From NCBI GenBank assembly GCA_028864975.1, contig JAGWLG010000042.1, positions 1-26,561 of the forward strand: a stretch of DNA of 26,561 nucleotides. Direction: 5' to 3'. Below, piece after piece: positions 1 through 7,433 of this stretch. The notes beneath the pieces are model-generated. The model did not search any database. It was not told where the DNA came from and saw only the letters and a list, made by a program, of their open reading frames with translations. Made by a program: the position numbers and the translations under genes. How positions within the stretch are numbered: position 1 is the stretch's first letter; each line of letters begins with the position of its first letter. Origin of the DNA: Thermoplasmata archaeon (GTDB lineage Archaea; Thermoplasmatota; Thermoplasmata; Lutacidiplasmatales; UBA184).

Positions 1-636
1 GAGGGGTCGGCCCAGGCCCTCTCGGACCTCTCCCGCCACTCGCGCCACACGAAGACGGGACTGACGCTGATCTCGCAGACCGCCGAGGACTTCATCGGTG
101 ACAGGCGGGGCGAAGTGATCCTCCAGAACTCGGCCATCACGGCGCTGTTCCGGCACAAGAGCGTCGGGCAGGCTATGCAGGAGCGCTTCGGCCTCACCCG
201 GGACGAGGTCCACCGGGTCAAGTTCGCGAGGACGGGCAAGGAGATCGGGTACTCGACCGCGCTCTTCCTCACCCAGAACACGCGGACCCCGATCCGGGTC
301 GAGGCCGCCGACTTCGAGCACCTGCTCATCACGAGCGACCCGGACGAGGTCAAGGCGAGGTTGCGCGAGGAGGGGCCATCGGCAGTTTCGGCCGGCGGAC
401 CAGCGACCGCTGAGCCAGCATCCGCTCCGCGAGAGCCCTCCGTTCCGGCGGGGCGACCGACCTCGGCACCTCCTCCCCCCGCCGTCGCCGCGAGGAAGGG
501 CCCCTCGGACGGCTACCCGTCCTACTTCGCTTCGCCTCCGCCGAGCGAACCGGGTCGAGCCTCAGCCCGGGTCCGTCTGCTGGCTTCGCTCGCGCCCGTC
601 TCCCGCTCCGTTCTCGATACGAAGGAGAAGGTATGA
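1..636 (+). CDS. VirB4/TraC-like conjugation ATPase, C-terminal fragment (5' end outside window)
   Basis: Frame 1 is open from base 1: ALSDLSRHSRHTKTGLTLISQTAEDFIGDRRGEVILQNSAITALFRH, then IRVEAADFEHLLITSDPDEV. This resembles the post-Walker-B RxxRK/H-ISQ-DF region and terminal ITxDP motif of VirB4-type ATPases. A Pro/Ala-rich tail follows. The Walker motifs are not in the window. Confidence 0.7.
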   Translation, partial: EGSAQALSDLSRHSRHTKTGLTLISQTAEDFIGDRRGEVILQNSAITALFRHKSVGQAMQERFGLTRDEVHRVKFARTGKEIGYSTALFLTQNTRTPIRVEAADFEHLLITSDPDEVKARLREEGPSAVSAGGPATAEPASAPREPSVPAGRPTSAPPPPAVAARKGPSDGYPSYFASPPPSEPGRASARVRLLASLAPVSRSVLDTKEKV

Positions 637-1178
637 CCGCAAGAACGAACCTGGTGCACCCGACGCCCATCGCCGACCTCGTCTCGATGCGCCCTGCCCT
701 GGTCCACGGGGTCGTGGTGCACTACGGCAGCGTCTACGAGCGACCGAGCGCAGAAGGAGGGGTTCTCCCCGTCCGCACGGTTCACCTCAGAGACGCCACG
801 GGCGAGGTTCGGCTCACCCTCTGGGGCGACCAGATCTGCCAGGTCCAAGACGCGGACCGGGTCGTGCTGACCGAGGTCTGGGTCAAGGAGTACCGGGGCC
901 GGCCCGAGCTGGTGGTCGGAAAGAAGGGGAAGATCATCAACCTCGGACCCGCCAGCGGGAGAGGACCGGTCTGGCACCCTGGGCCCCGGGAAAGCCTCTA
1001 CGTCTGGGGGCTCGTCCGCCGACGCGTCCGGGAGCGGGACCTTCGGTCGAGGGTCGAAGGAGGGAGCACCACCTCGTCCCCCCGCGACGTCGATTCCCGT
1101 GCCGCTGCCATCCCCGCTCTTCCCTCTCGGGCCGCCACGCCCGCTGCCGGGGAAGCCCCCTCGCAGGGAGGTGGCTGA
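633..1178 (+). CDS. OB-fold single-stranded DNA-binding protein (archaeal SSB/RPA-like) with C-terminal extension
   Basis: LRDATGEVRLTLWGDQICQVQDADRVVLTEVWVKEYRGRPELVVGKKGKI matches the archaeal RPA/SSB OB pattern (DxTGxIxxTLW...V.E/NyrG..EL.vG..G.I). ATGA overlap with the upstream stop; GGAG upstream. Confidence 0.85.
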   Translation: MTARTNLVHPTPIADLVSMRPALVHGVVVHYGSVYERPSAEGGVLPVRTVHLRDATGEVRLTLWGDQICQVQDADRVVLTEVWVKEYRGRPELVVGKKGKIINLGPASGRGPVWHPGPRESLYVWGLVRRRVRERDLRSRVEGGSTTSSPRDVDSRAAAIPALPSRAATPAAGEAPSQGGG

Positions 1179-1735
1179 TGTCGCGGGATCTCTCCGCCCT
1201 GTCGTCCAAGGGGAACCCCTCGACCGTGGGCCGGGAGACGCTCGCCGACCTGGTCGAGGAGTTGGAGATCTCCGTGGGCGTCAGGGCTCCGACGGAGGCC
1301 GAGTGGCTCCGGCGGATCTGCTCCATCGTGTGGCAGAACGCGGACCGGACGTGGGTCGTGAACGCCCGCGGGAACGTATGGGAGATCACGAACCGGCTCC
1401 GACGGACCCCCCCGCGCAAGCCGCTCGCCGTCTCCGCCCACCTCTTCCCCGCGCCCACCATGCGGCTTCCCCTCGTACCCCGCCTGACGCACGCGTCGGC
1501 CGTGAGCGGCTACCCAGAGGACGGCACCCTCCTGGACCATCTCTGCTCCTTCGTGTGCGAGCAAGACGGGCGAACGTGGGTCGTCGGGCCGCGTGGCTCC
1601 ATCGAGGAGATCACCGGGAGGGCTGCGCCGAGACCTCCCGTAGGTGCCTTGGCCCTCGCTCCGAGCCTGCCGATGGCGCCGACACTCCTGGCCCCAACCC
1701 TCACCGCGCCCGCGGAGGCTGCCCATGCTGCATAG
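1178..1735 (+). CDS. Hypothetical protein with two copies of a 31-aa domain
   Basis: TGATG stop/start overlap with the SSB gene and GGAGGTGG upstream. Residues 43-73 and 118-148 are homologous (CS.V...RTWVV..RG...EIT.R). Confidence 0.7.
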   Translation: MSRDLSALSSKGNPSTVGRETLADLVEELEISVGVRAPTEAEWLRRICSIVWQNADRTWVVNARGNVWEITNRLRRTPPRKPLAVSAHLFPAPTMRLPLVPRLTHASAVSGYPEDGTLLDHLCSFVCEQDGRTWVVGPRGSIEEITGRAAPRPPVGALALAPSLPMAPTLLAPTLTAPAEAAHAA

Positions 1736-4700
1736 GTGGCTCCAGGTCGGCCGCCCCGAGCGCGACCCCAAGGACCCGGGCCCTGACCTCTCTCCCCTCG
1801 CGAACCTCCCCATCGCGTCGTGGGGGATGGAGGTCTCCAGGTCCGCCAAGGGCTCGGTCGACCTCCGGGTGCTGGCGCCGGACGGCGACTCGATGGGCCG
1901 GGTCGCCAGGGTCCTGGGGCTCACCTTCCCCCACGTCTCCGTCCTGGGGAACGCTCCCTGCGCCGCCCCGCCCGTGAGCGAGCTCAGGATGTGGAGGTTC
2001 GCCCGCGCCCGTCCTTCCCTGGGCCACCACTGTTGGCCCCTCAACATCCCCGAGAAGAACGATCGGTGGATGACCGACTACCAGGAGACGCTCATCTCGA
2101 CCCTGGGAGGACCGTCCCTCCGGGACGCCGAGGTCCGCATCCAGCTCCTCGCTCGAAAGGTGGGGGCATGGGAGTGCGGGCTCTTCTCCTCCCGCTACGA
2201 GAAGCTCACCCTGGGCCTGCAAGGACAGCACAACACCCTCTTCAACGGCTCATGGAAGACCACCCCGACCCCGTTCGACCTGGAGAAGCTCCGGAGGGTC
2301 GAGCAGCGGCGGGCGAAGGTCCCGTTCCACGTCGAGGTCCGGGCTGCGTGGAAGGGCTCGGGCGACCAGAACGTCCTCGCGTCCCTTCGACCCTGGCTCG
2401 CGCAGTGGACGACGCTGAACAACGGGGGCACCTGGCGATGGCTTGACGAAGTTCACCCGTGGCCTCTCGTCGCGCCTCACCGGGTCGAAGGGTTCTGGAG
2501 GGCATTCGCCAACGATGACCTCAGTCGCTACCGGGTGAAGGCCGAGGCGAGGGACGTCTCGGGGGAGGAGCTCGCGACGATGCTCGCGCCCACCTGGAGG
2601 AGGGCCCACTCCGCCCTGTCACCCTCGCCGGTGGAGACGACCCCGCGGCGTGGCTCCTCTCCGGCCCGCTTCATGATCGGGCCGGGAGGGAAACCCATGC
2701 CCTACGACTACGAGGAGGACATGGCCTACCTTGACGAGGTACGGAGGAGGGTGGGGCTGCCGCCCGCCAAACGCCTGCCACCGGCCCCGGTTAGGGCCCC
2801 GGCTCCCCAGAACGTTCGGTCCACGCCACCCGAGAACCCGCACGACCTCCCGGGATGGGTCCTCGGCTCGCTCGCCGACGTCGAGCTGCGCCTCCCGGGA
2901 GATTGGCGGCACATGGGGGTCATCGGAGGGACAGGGACCGGGAAGTCCACCCTCCTGCTGAACCTCGTGCTCCAGGCGATCGCCGACCCGGGCGCCGGCA
3001 TCGTCGTGGTCCTGGATCCCACGGGGGCCCTCGTCAGGGACATCAAGACGCGTCTCCCGCTCTCCCTCGCCCGAGGGACTGTCGAGTTCGACCCCTCGCA
3101 GCTCTTCTTCAGCCAGAAGGGAGAGGAGTGGGTCGCTCCGGGGTTCAACTTCCTGGACCTTCCTCCTGACGTCCGGGACAGTCCTGCCGCCTTCGACCGG
3201 GCGACTAGCGTCGTCATCTCGGACCTCATCCGTTCGATCCACGACGCCTTCGGCACGGAGAGCGTCGGGGCCCGGGCGGGGTACTTCATGACGGCCCTGC
3301 TCAAGGGTCTCATGAAGCGCCCGGGGACCACGCTCCCCGACGTCCGCGACATCATCGTGAACAAGGACGCGCGGGAGCGGTACTCGCGGTGGCTGCCCCC
3401 GGGCTCGGTCTTCGAAGGTTCCTTCGCCAAGGAGGAGCTCCCGAAGTACCGGATCGATGACTTCGTAAGCACCCTCGACAAGACCGGCTGGTTCAGCGGC
3501 TCGCACCTCCTGCGGGGGGCCCTCTGCCAGCGGGACAAGCCGGCGAGCTTCCGGGAGTTCCTGAACCACCGGGTGGTCCTCCTGAACGTCTCCCGGGGGC
3601 TGGTCGGGGACCAGAACTGCCGTATCCTGGGCTCCGCGTTCCTCTCGATGCTCTGGTCCGAGAGGCTCGCGCGCGGCGAGGGAGCGCCCCCCCTCACGCT
3701 CGTCATCGACGAGGCCCAGACGTTCGCCGTTCCCTCGCTCTCCCAGATGCTGAGCGAGGGGAGGAAGTACGGGGTGCGGGTCGTCCTGGCGAACCAGTAC
3801 TTCGCCCAGCTTCCCGAGAGCCTCCGCGCGGCCATGGAGGGCAACCTAAACGTCTGGTGCTGCTTCCGGACAGGGCCCGAGGACTCGAGGGCGGCCCACA
3901 AGGTCACTCAGGCGCGTCAGTGGGAGTACGCCGAGGAGCGGTTCACGTGGCTCCCCGACCACCAGTTCGTCTGCAACATCCTCACGCACTCGAACCAGGG
4001 GTTCTGGCAGACGGCGCCGCCACCCCCTGCGAGCTCCGAGGCGCTCGCTTCCGAGAAGGCGATCCGCGAGACCCTGCAGAAGGAGTTCGCAGCGCGCGAG
4101 AGCTCGGAGCAGTCGCCGTTCCTCGTGGACCAGGAGACGTTGGGACCGGTCTGCTTCGCCGTTTCTGAGGGGACCACCCTCCGGGAGGAGATTGCCGAGG
4201 AGCTTGATCTCCCGAAGGGGGAGGTCTTCGCGGCCCTCCGACGGGCCGAGGATCTCGGGTACGTCACGTGGGCCTCCAAGACGAAGGAGAACCGGATTAC
4301 GCCCCTCGGGCAGTCGTTCGTCGACGCCTGGGGTGCCCGAAATGCGAGCGAGTCCGAGGGAGAGCTCCACATGGACCTCCAGGCCAGGGCCATCGACCAC
4401 GTCCAGACGACATGGGGAGCTGAGGTCGAGATACATTCTCAGGGAGCCAACGCGGGTCCCGTCCCTGACGGGACGTTTGTGAAGGATGGGATCACGTGCA
4501 ACCTGGAGGTCGAGTGCTCGACCCTGGCCACTAAGAAGGCGCAGGTCGCGAGAAACATCCGGAAGGCCCTCGAGGATCACCACCGCTACCTCGGAGTGGT
4601 CCGTTCGATGGAGGCTGCCGACCGCCTCCTCGACGTCGCCCGAGAACTCGTACCCGAAGCGAAGCTCGGGAGGGAGTTCGCCGTCCTCGCCTGGGGTGAG

Positions 4701-5162
4701 ACGAAGTTCTCCGTCATACCGAGCGGGGTCTCCTCCGATGGATTCCCCTTCGTCCGCGATGATCCGGGGAGGGTCGGTGCGGGTCAGGAGGGGAAGCCGG
4801 GCGCTCCTCCCCCTTCGTCGACCGTGACGGGCCTCAGCCAGCGCGGCCAGAGGAAACCCGATGTCGAGGTCGTCCGGGACGCGGTCGAATCCCTGCGCGC
4901 ACAAGGGAAGTTCACCGCCACGAGCACGGAGATCGTCGAATCGATGGCGGAGACCGAACGTGGCCGGTTCGTGAGCCCGAAGACAGGTCGTATCACGACC
5001 AAGCTTGGCTCAGTCCTGAAGAGGCTGGGCATCACGTGGGACAAGCAGTGGGACAAGGAGACAGGGAACGCGGTCAAGGTCTACGACCTGCGACCGCAGC
5101 CAACGGCGCCCTGCGAGAACCTGGTTGCAGCAGAGAAGGAGACCTCCCGCGAGGGGGCGTGA
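1725..5162 (+). CDS. VirD4/TraG-HerA-like coupling ATPase (1145 aa) with C-terminal wHTH, PD-(D/E)xK-like domain and a second helical/winged domain
   Basis: ATG at 1725 is preceded by GGAGG, so it is preferred over the ORF-track start at 1644. Walker A is GGTGTGKS (2925-2948). Walker B is LVIDEAQ (3699-3719), followed by EGRKYGVRVVLANQYFAQL and CCFRTGPEDS, typical of type IV coupling proteins. Then come LREEIAEELDLPKGEVFAALRRAEDLGYV (HTH) and VPDGTFVKDGITCNLEVECS. Confidence 0.85.
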   Translation: MLHRWLQVGRPERDPKDPGPDLSPLANLPIASWGMEVSRSAKGSVDLRVLAPDGDSMGRVARVLGLTFPHVSVLGNAPCAAPPVSELRMWRFARARPSLGHHCWPLNIPEKNDRWMTDYQETLISTLGGPSLRDAEVRIQLLARKVGAWECGLFSSRYEKLTLGLQGQHNTLFNGSWKTTPTPFDLEKLRRVEQRRAKVPFHVEVRAAWKGSGDQNVLASLRPWLAQWTTLNNGGTWRWLDEVHPWPLVAPHRVEGFWRAFANDDLSRYRVKAEARDVSGEELATMLAPTWRRAHSALSPSPVETTPRRGSSPARFMIGPGGKPMPYDYEEDMAYLDEVRRRVGLPPAKRLPPAPVRAPAPQNVRSTPPENPHDLPGWVLGSLADVELRLPGDWRHMGVIGGTGTGKSTLLLNLVLQAIADPGAGIVVVLDPTGALVRDIKTRLPLSLARGTVEFDPSQLFFSQKGEEWVAPGFNFLDLPPDVRDSPAAFDRATSVVISDLIRSIHDAFGTESVGARAGYFMTALLKGLMKRPGTTLPDVRDIIVNKDARERYSRWLPPGSVFEGSFAKEELPKYRIDDFVSTLDKTGWFSGSHLLRGALCQRDKPASFREFLNHRVVLLNVSRGLVGDQNCRILGSAFLSMLWSERLARGEGAPPLTLVIDEAQTFAVPSLSQMLSEGRKYGVRVVLANQYFAQLPESLRAAMEGNLNVWCCFRTGPEDSRAAHKVTQARQWEYAEERFTWLPDHQFVCNILTHSNQGFWQTAPPPPASSEALASEKAIRETLQKEFAARESSEQSPFLVDQETLGPVCFAVSEGTTLREEIAEELDLPKGEVFAALRRAEDLGYVTWASKTKENRITPLGQSFVDAWGARNASESEGELHMDLQARAIDHVQTTWGAEVEIHSQGANAGPVPDGTFVKDGITCNLEVECSTLATKKAQVARNIRKALEDHHRYLGVVRSMEAADRLLDVARELVPEAKLGREFAVLAWGETKFSVIPSGVSSDGFPFVRDDPGRVGAGQEGKPGAPPPSSTVTGLSQRGQRKPDVEVVRDAVESLRAQGKFTATSTEIVESMAETERGRFVSPKTGRITTKLGSVLKRLGITWDKQWDKETGNAVKVYDLRPQPTAPCENLVAAEKETSREGA

Positions 5163-5770
5163 CCAAGTTGGTGGCTGCGGCGCTCGAGTCCCCGAGGGCT
5201 CCACGGGAGCCTTCCCGAACGGTTCAGATGGTCTTCGATCACGACGGGCGGGACGAGGACCTTGTCCCCCCCGTTCGACTCGGACCCGCGACCCCGCTGT
5301 TGCACGAGGGAGGAATCCGACAGCAGAGGCCGAGGAGGAGACAAACCACACAGGCGTCCGGGACGGAGGACATCTCGAGGGTGCCAAGCGCCTACGCCGT
5401 CCCGCCCGGAATGGCACTGGTCCTTGTGCCCGTCAGCGCGGCACCGCCCTCTCCGGCTCTCGAGCAGATGACTCCCTCTCCCCTAACGAAAGGGAGGCCG
5501 GGGATGCTCAGCGTTGGGGACCTGTCGGGGCTTCAGGGGACGAGGCCGCAGCCCGACGAGCCGCGTTCTCTTCCCACAGCGCATGCGCCCGTCGTGCCAG
5601 AGCCCGAGGAGGTAGCGGACCTTGCTCATCTGAAGCTGCTTGTCGCACGCCTTCCGCGGGGCCATCCGCTGAAGATGGCGATGGAGGGGGAACCCCAACA
5701 GCTGTCCCGTTCGGAACTTGTGCCGAAGCTGCGAGAGTGGGCGAAGTACCTGCCGTGGCAGGAGCGGTGA
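5159..5770 (+). CDS. Hypothetical protein with a helical C-terminal domain (alternative start at ATG 5504)
   Basis: GTGA overlap with the upstream stop and GAGGGG upstream. The C-terminus LAHLKLLVARLPRGHPLKMAMEGEPQQLSRSELVPKLREWAKYL looks like an ordered amphipathic domain. The last 263 nt overlap the integrase antisense. Confidence 0.55.
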   Translation: MTKLVAAALESPRAPREPSRTVQMVFDHDGRDEDLVPPVRLGPATPLLHEGGIRQQRPRRRQTTQASGTEDISRVPSAYAVPPGMALVLVPVSAAPPSPALEQMTPSPLTKGRPGMLSVGDLSGLQGTRPQPDEPRSLPTAHAPVVPEPEEVADLAHLKLLVARLPRGHPLKMAMEGEPQQLSRSELVPKLREWAKYLPWQER

Positions 5771-7025
5771 GGACGGCCTTGTTGCCACCCACCGCCGCGA
5801 CGAACTGCCATCCCTGCGCGAGCCGACCGGGAATCTCCTCTATGGAAACGACTTCCTGGTGGGGGACCATGCTCGCCGCGAGGCGGTCCCGGACCATGTC
5901 CCGGACCTTGGCGAGGTCGGTCAGGTCCAGCTTCTCGATCTCCGCCTCCTTGTATCCCGCCAATTGGAGCATAGCACGCGCGACCTCCTTCGGGACATCG
6001 GCGCTTGACTCCACGGGGGTAGTCGACAGGAACGGTTCGCAGCGCTCGTACGCCTCCCGCATATCCTCGATGAAGTGCTGGGGGAGGCGCCCCTTGTTCG
6101 TGGTGTACCTCGCCTCCATGGAACCCTTGTGACCCATCCAGAAGACGCGGTAGTCATGCGCGACCTTCCCCTTGCTCTCGGCCAGCAGGAGCTGAGTGTC
6201 GAAGTAGGCCCGAAGGATGTACGGGCGCCAGTGGAACCCTGCCGAGCGGATGGCATTCCGAAGGCCCGTGCTCACCTTGACCGTGGTGATGAAGTCCTTC
6301 TTCCACCCCGTTGGAGAGATAAGGTCGGAGCCGGGGCCGAGGTCTTCGCCAGCGCGCAGTCTCTCTTCGAGATAGTCCCTGACGTAGCCGCAGCCCTCCG
6401 AGCCGAGGAACGTGAGGTACTTGTGGCGCGCCTTCGAGAGCTCGGGACGGATGGCGACGGTCGTCGGGACTCGCTTGAACTCGACCTTCTTCTTGTCAAT
6501 CTCGAGCTCAGGGAAGTCGCGAAGCCGCAACCCATCGTTCCCAGCATAGTTCCCAAGGACCTCGGGTCGGAGCCCCGAGTGCGCCATCAGCACGCAGCAG
6601 ACCCGTTCCTTGAGGTAGGCCGCGAGGAAGATCTTCCTCAGCTCCTCTTGGGTGGGAACCCGCTCTTCCGCGAGCGTGGGGGTTGCGTTGGACCCCGCGA
6701 TCTTGAGGGGGCGGTTGATCCGGACCCCGTGGTGTCCCAGCCAGGAGCGGACCGCCTTCACGGTGCTGTGGATGAAGGATCCCGTCTTCCTCCTCTTGGT
6801 CTCTTCATCGATGAAGTCAAGGAGCAAGGCGTGGAGGTCGGCCTCCTTCTTCTTCGGGAGAGCATCGGGCGCGATGCCCGTTCGGAGACAGAACGCGCCG
6901 AGGCGGCGGAGATAGACGTCAGCGGTGATCCTCGACCCCTGGGCGACGTTGGCATGCCATCGCCGGATGTCAGGATTCTCGAGGAGACGGGCGTGATTGG
7001 GCCTGGGCCCCCGGAGGGTCATCAT
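5508..7025 (-). CDS. Tyrosine recombinase/integrase (Thermoplasmata type)
   Basis: N-terminus is NPDIRRWHANVAQGSRITADVYLRRLGAFC. Catalytic segments are HSGLRPE (Arg), LSKARH (Lys), PYILRAYF (YxxR), WMGH and EARYTTNK (Tyr). Start is ATG 7025 or 7022 after GGGGT. It lies next to a tRNA 3' end. Confidence 0.92.
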   Translation of the reverse strand: MMTLRGPRPNHARLLENPDIRRWHANVAQGSRITADVYLRRLGAFCLRTGIAPDALPKKKEADLHALLLDFIDEETKRRKTGSFIHSTVKAVRSWLGHHGVRINRPLKIAGSNATPTLAEERVPTQEELRKIFLAAYLKERVCCVLMAHSGLRPEVLGNYAGNDGLRLRDFPELEIDKKKVEFKRVPTTVAIRPELSKARHKYLTFLGSEGCGYVRDYLEERLRAGEDLGPGSDLISPTGWKKDFITTVKVSTGLRNAIRSAGFHWRPYILRAYFDTQLLLAESKGKVAHDYRVFWMGHKGSMEARYTTNKGRLPQHFIEDMREAYERCEPFLSTTPVESSADVPKEVARAMLQLAGYKEAEIEKLDLTDLAKVRDMVRDRLAASMVPHQEVVSIEEIPGRLAQGWQFVAAVGGNKAVLTAPATAGTSPTLAASAQVPNGTAVGVPPPSPSSADGPAEGVRQAASDEQGPLPPRALARRAHALWEENAARRAAASSPEAPTGPQR

Positions 7026-7062
7026 TACCCCTATGGCGCATGGGTTCAAACCCTTTTGGGTA

Positions 7063-7135
7063 CGGGCCTGCAGGGATTCGAACCCTGGACCTTGCGGTTA
7101 AGAGCCGCCTGCTCTACCGACTGAGCTACAGGCCC
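7063..7135 (-). tRNA. tRNA-Lys: tRNA-Lys (anticodon CTT), no encoded CCA; probable integration site
   Basis: The reverse complement folds as GGGCCTG TA GCTC-AGTCGGTA-GAGC A GGCGG-CTCTTAA-CCGCA AGGTC CAGGG-TTCGAAT-CCCTG CAGGCCC G. Length is 73 nt, with a canonical T-loop and one G:A pair at the top of the anticodon stem. Confidence 0.96.
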
Positions 7136-7160
7136 GCGAGGCGGCGGACCACGCTTCCAG

Positions 7161-7166
7161 CTTAAA
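7161..7166 (-). promoter_or_regulatory. Probable archaeal TATA box of the tRNA-Lys gene
   Basis: TTTAAG on the minus strand, 26 nt upstream of the mature tRNA 5' end, in otherwise very GC-rich DNA. Confidence 0.55.
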
Positions 7167-7199
7167 GGGTACGCTCACGAAATCCTTGGGACCACCCCG

Positions 7200-7256
7200 A
7201 GGTTGAGAGGAAGGGGTGGGGGAAGGGGTTCGCCGGCGAGGGCCCGACGGCCCCCG
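7200..7256 (-). terminator. Candidate terminator after the micro-ORF (GGGCC-GTCG-GGCCC hairpin plus C/T-rich tract)
   Basis: The minus strand reads GGGGGCCGTCGGGCCCTCGCCGGCGAACCCCTTCCCCCACCCCTTCCTCTCAACC directly after the TGA. Confidence 0.35.
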
Positions 7257-7257
7257 A

Positions 7258-7299
7258 TCAGGGCTTCTTCTTCGACTTGCACCCGCAGGTGTCGCACAC
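7258..7299 (-). CDS. 13-aa Cys-rich micropeptide MCDTCGCKSKKKP (CxxCGC metal-binding motif)
   Basis: GTG TGC GAC ACC TGC GGG TGC AAG TCG AAG AAG AAG CCC TGA. A perfect GGAGGTGA Shine-Dalgarno (7305-7312) sits 5 nt upstream. A hairpin and a pyrimidine-rich tract follow. Not in the supplied ORF track. Confidence 0.6.
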   Translation of the reverse strand: MCDTCGCKSKKKP

Positions 7300-7433
7300 G
7301 TGCCTCACCTCCCCGACGTGCGTGAGCGCTCGAGCCACGGCACGGTCGCATATCAGTGGTAGCGGGCACCTGGGCTAGTACGAGGACGTTGGTGCCAGTT
7401 GCTTACCTCGAGGAAAGTCCCTACGAGGGCCCT

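Larger units (their letters stand above)
1..7062. mobile_element. Right-hand part of a tRNA-Lys-integrated element (ICE or integrated conjugative plasmid); left end lies outside the window
   Basis: A tyrosine integrase starts about 38 nt past the 3' end of a tRNA. VirB4-like and VirD4-like ATPases and an SSB lie in one translationally coupled operon. No second copy of the tRNA 3' end was seen in the window. Confidence 0.8.

Noticed and set aside
1644-1724. ORF-track N-terminal extension of the large ATPase
   Set aside because: It overlaps the upstream gene by about 90 nt with no SD, whereas ATG 1725 has GGAGG at a suitable spacing.
998-4904. Long minus-strand ORFs 998..2047, 2619..3569, 2726..3907 and 3846..4904
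   Set aside because: All are antisense to well-supported coupled genes and carry no recognisable domains.
5125-7124. Plus-strand ORFs 5125..6132 and 6075..7124
   Set aside because: Shadows of the integrase and tRNA; low complexity, no motifs.
7063-7135. G:A mismatch in the anticodon stem suggesting a tRNA pseudogene or att remnant
   Set aside because: The gene is full length with all other stems paired and a TATA box upstream. A non-canonical 27:43 pair is tolerated in tRNAs.
7258-7374. Longer version of the micro-ORF starting at GTG 7338 or 7308
   Set aside because: In frame, but without an SD. GTG 7308 lies inside the SD itself. The 7299 start puts Cys at position 2, as in known CxxCGC N-termini.
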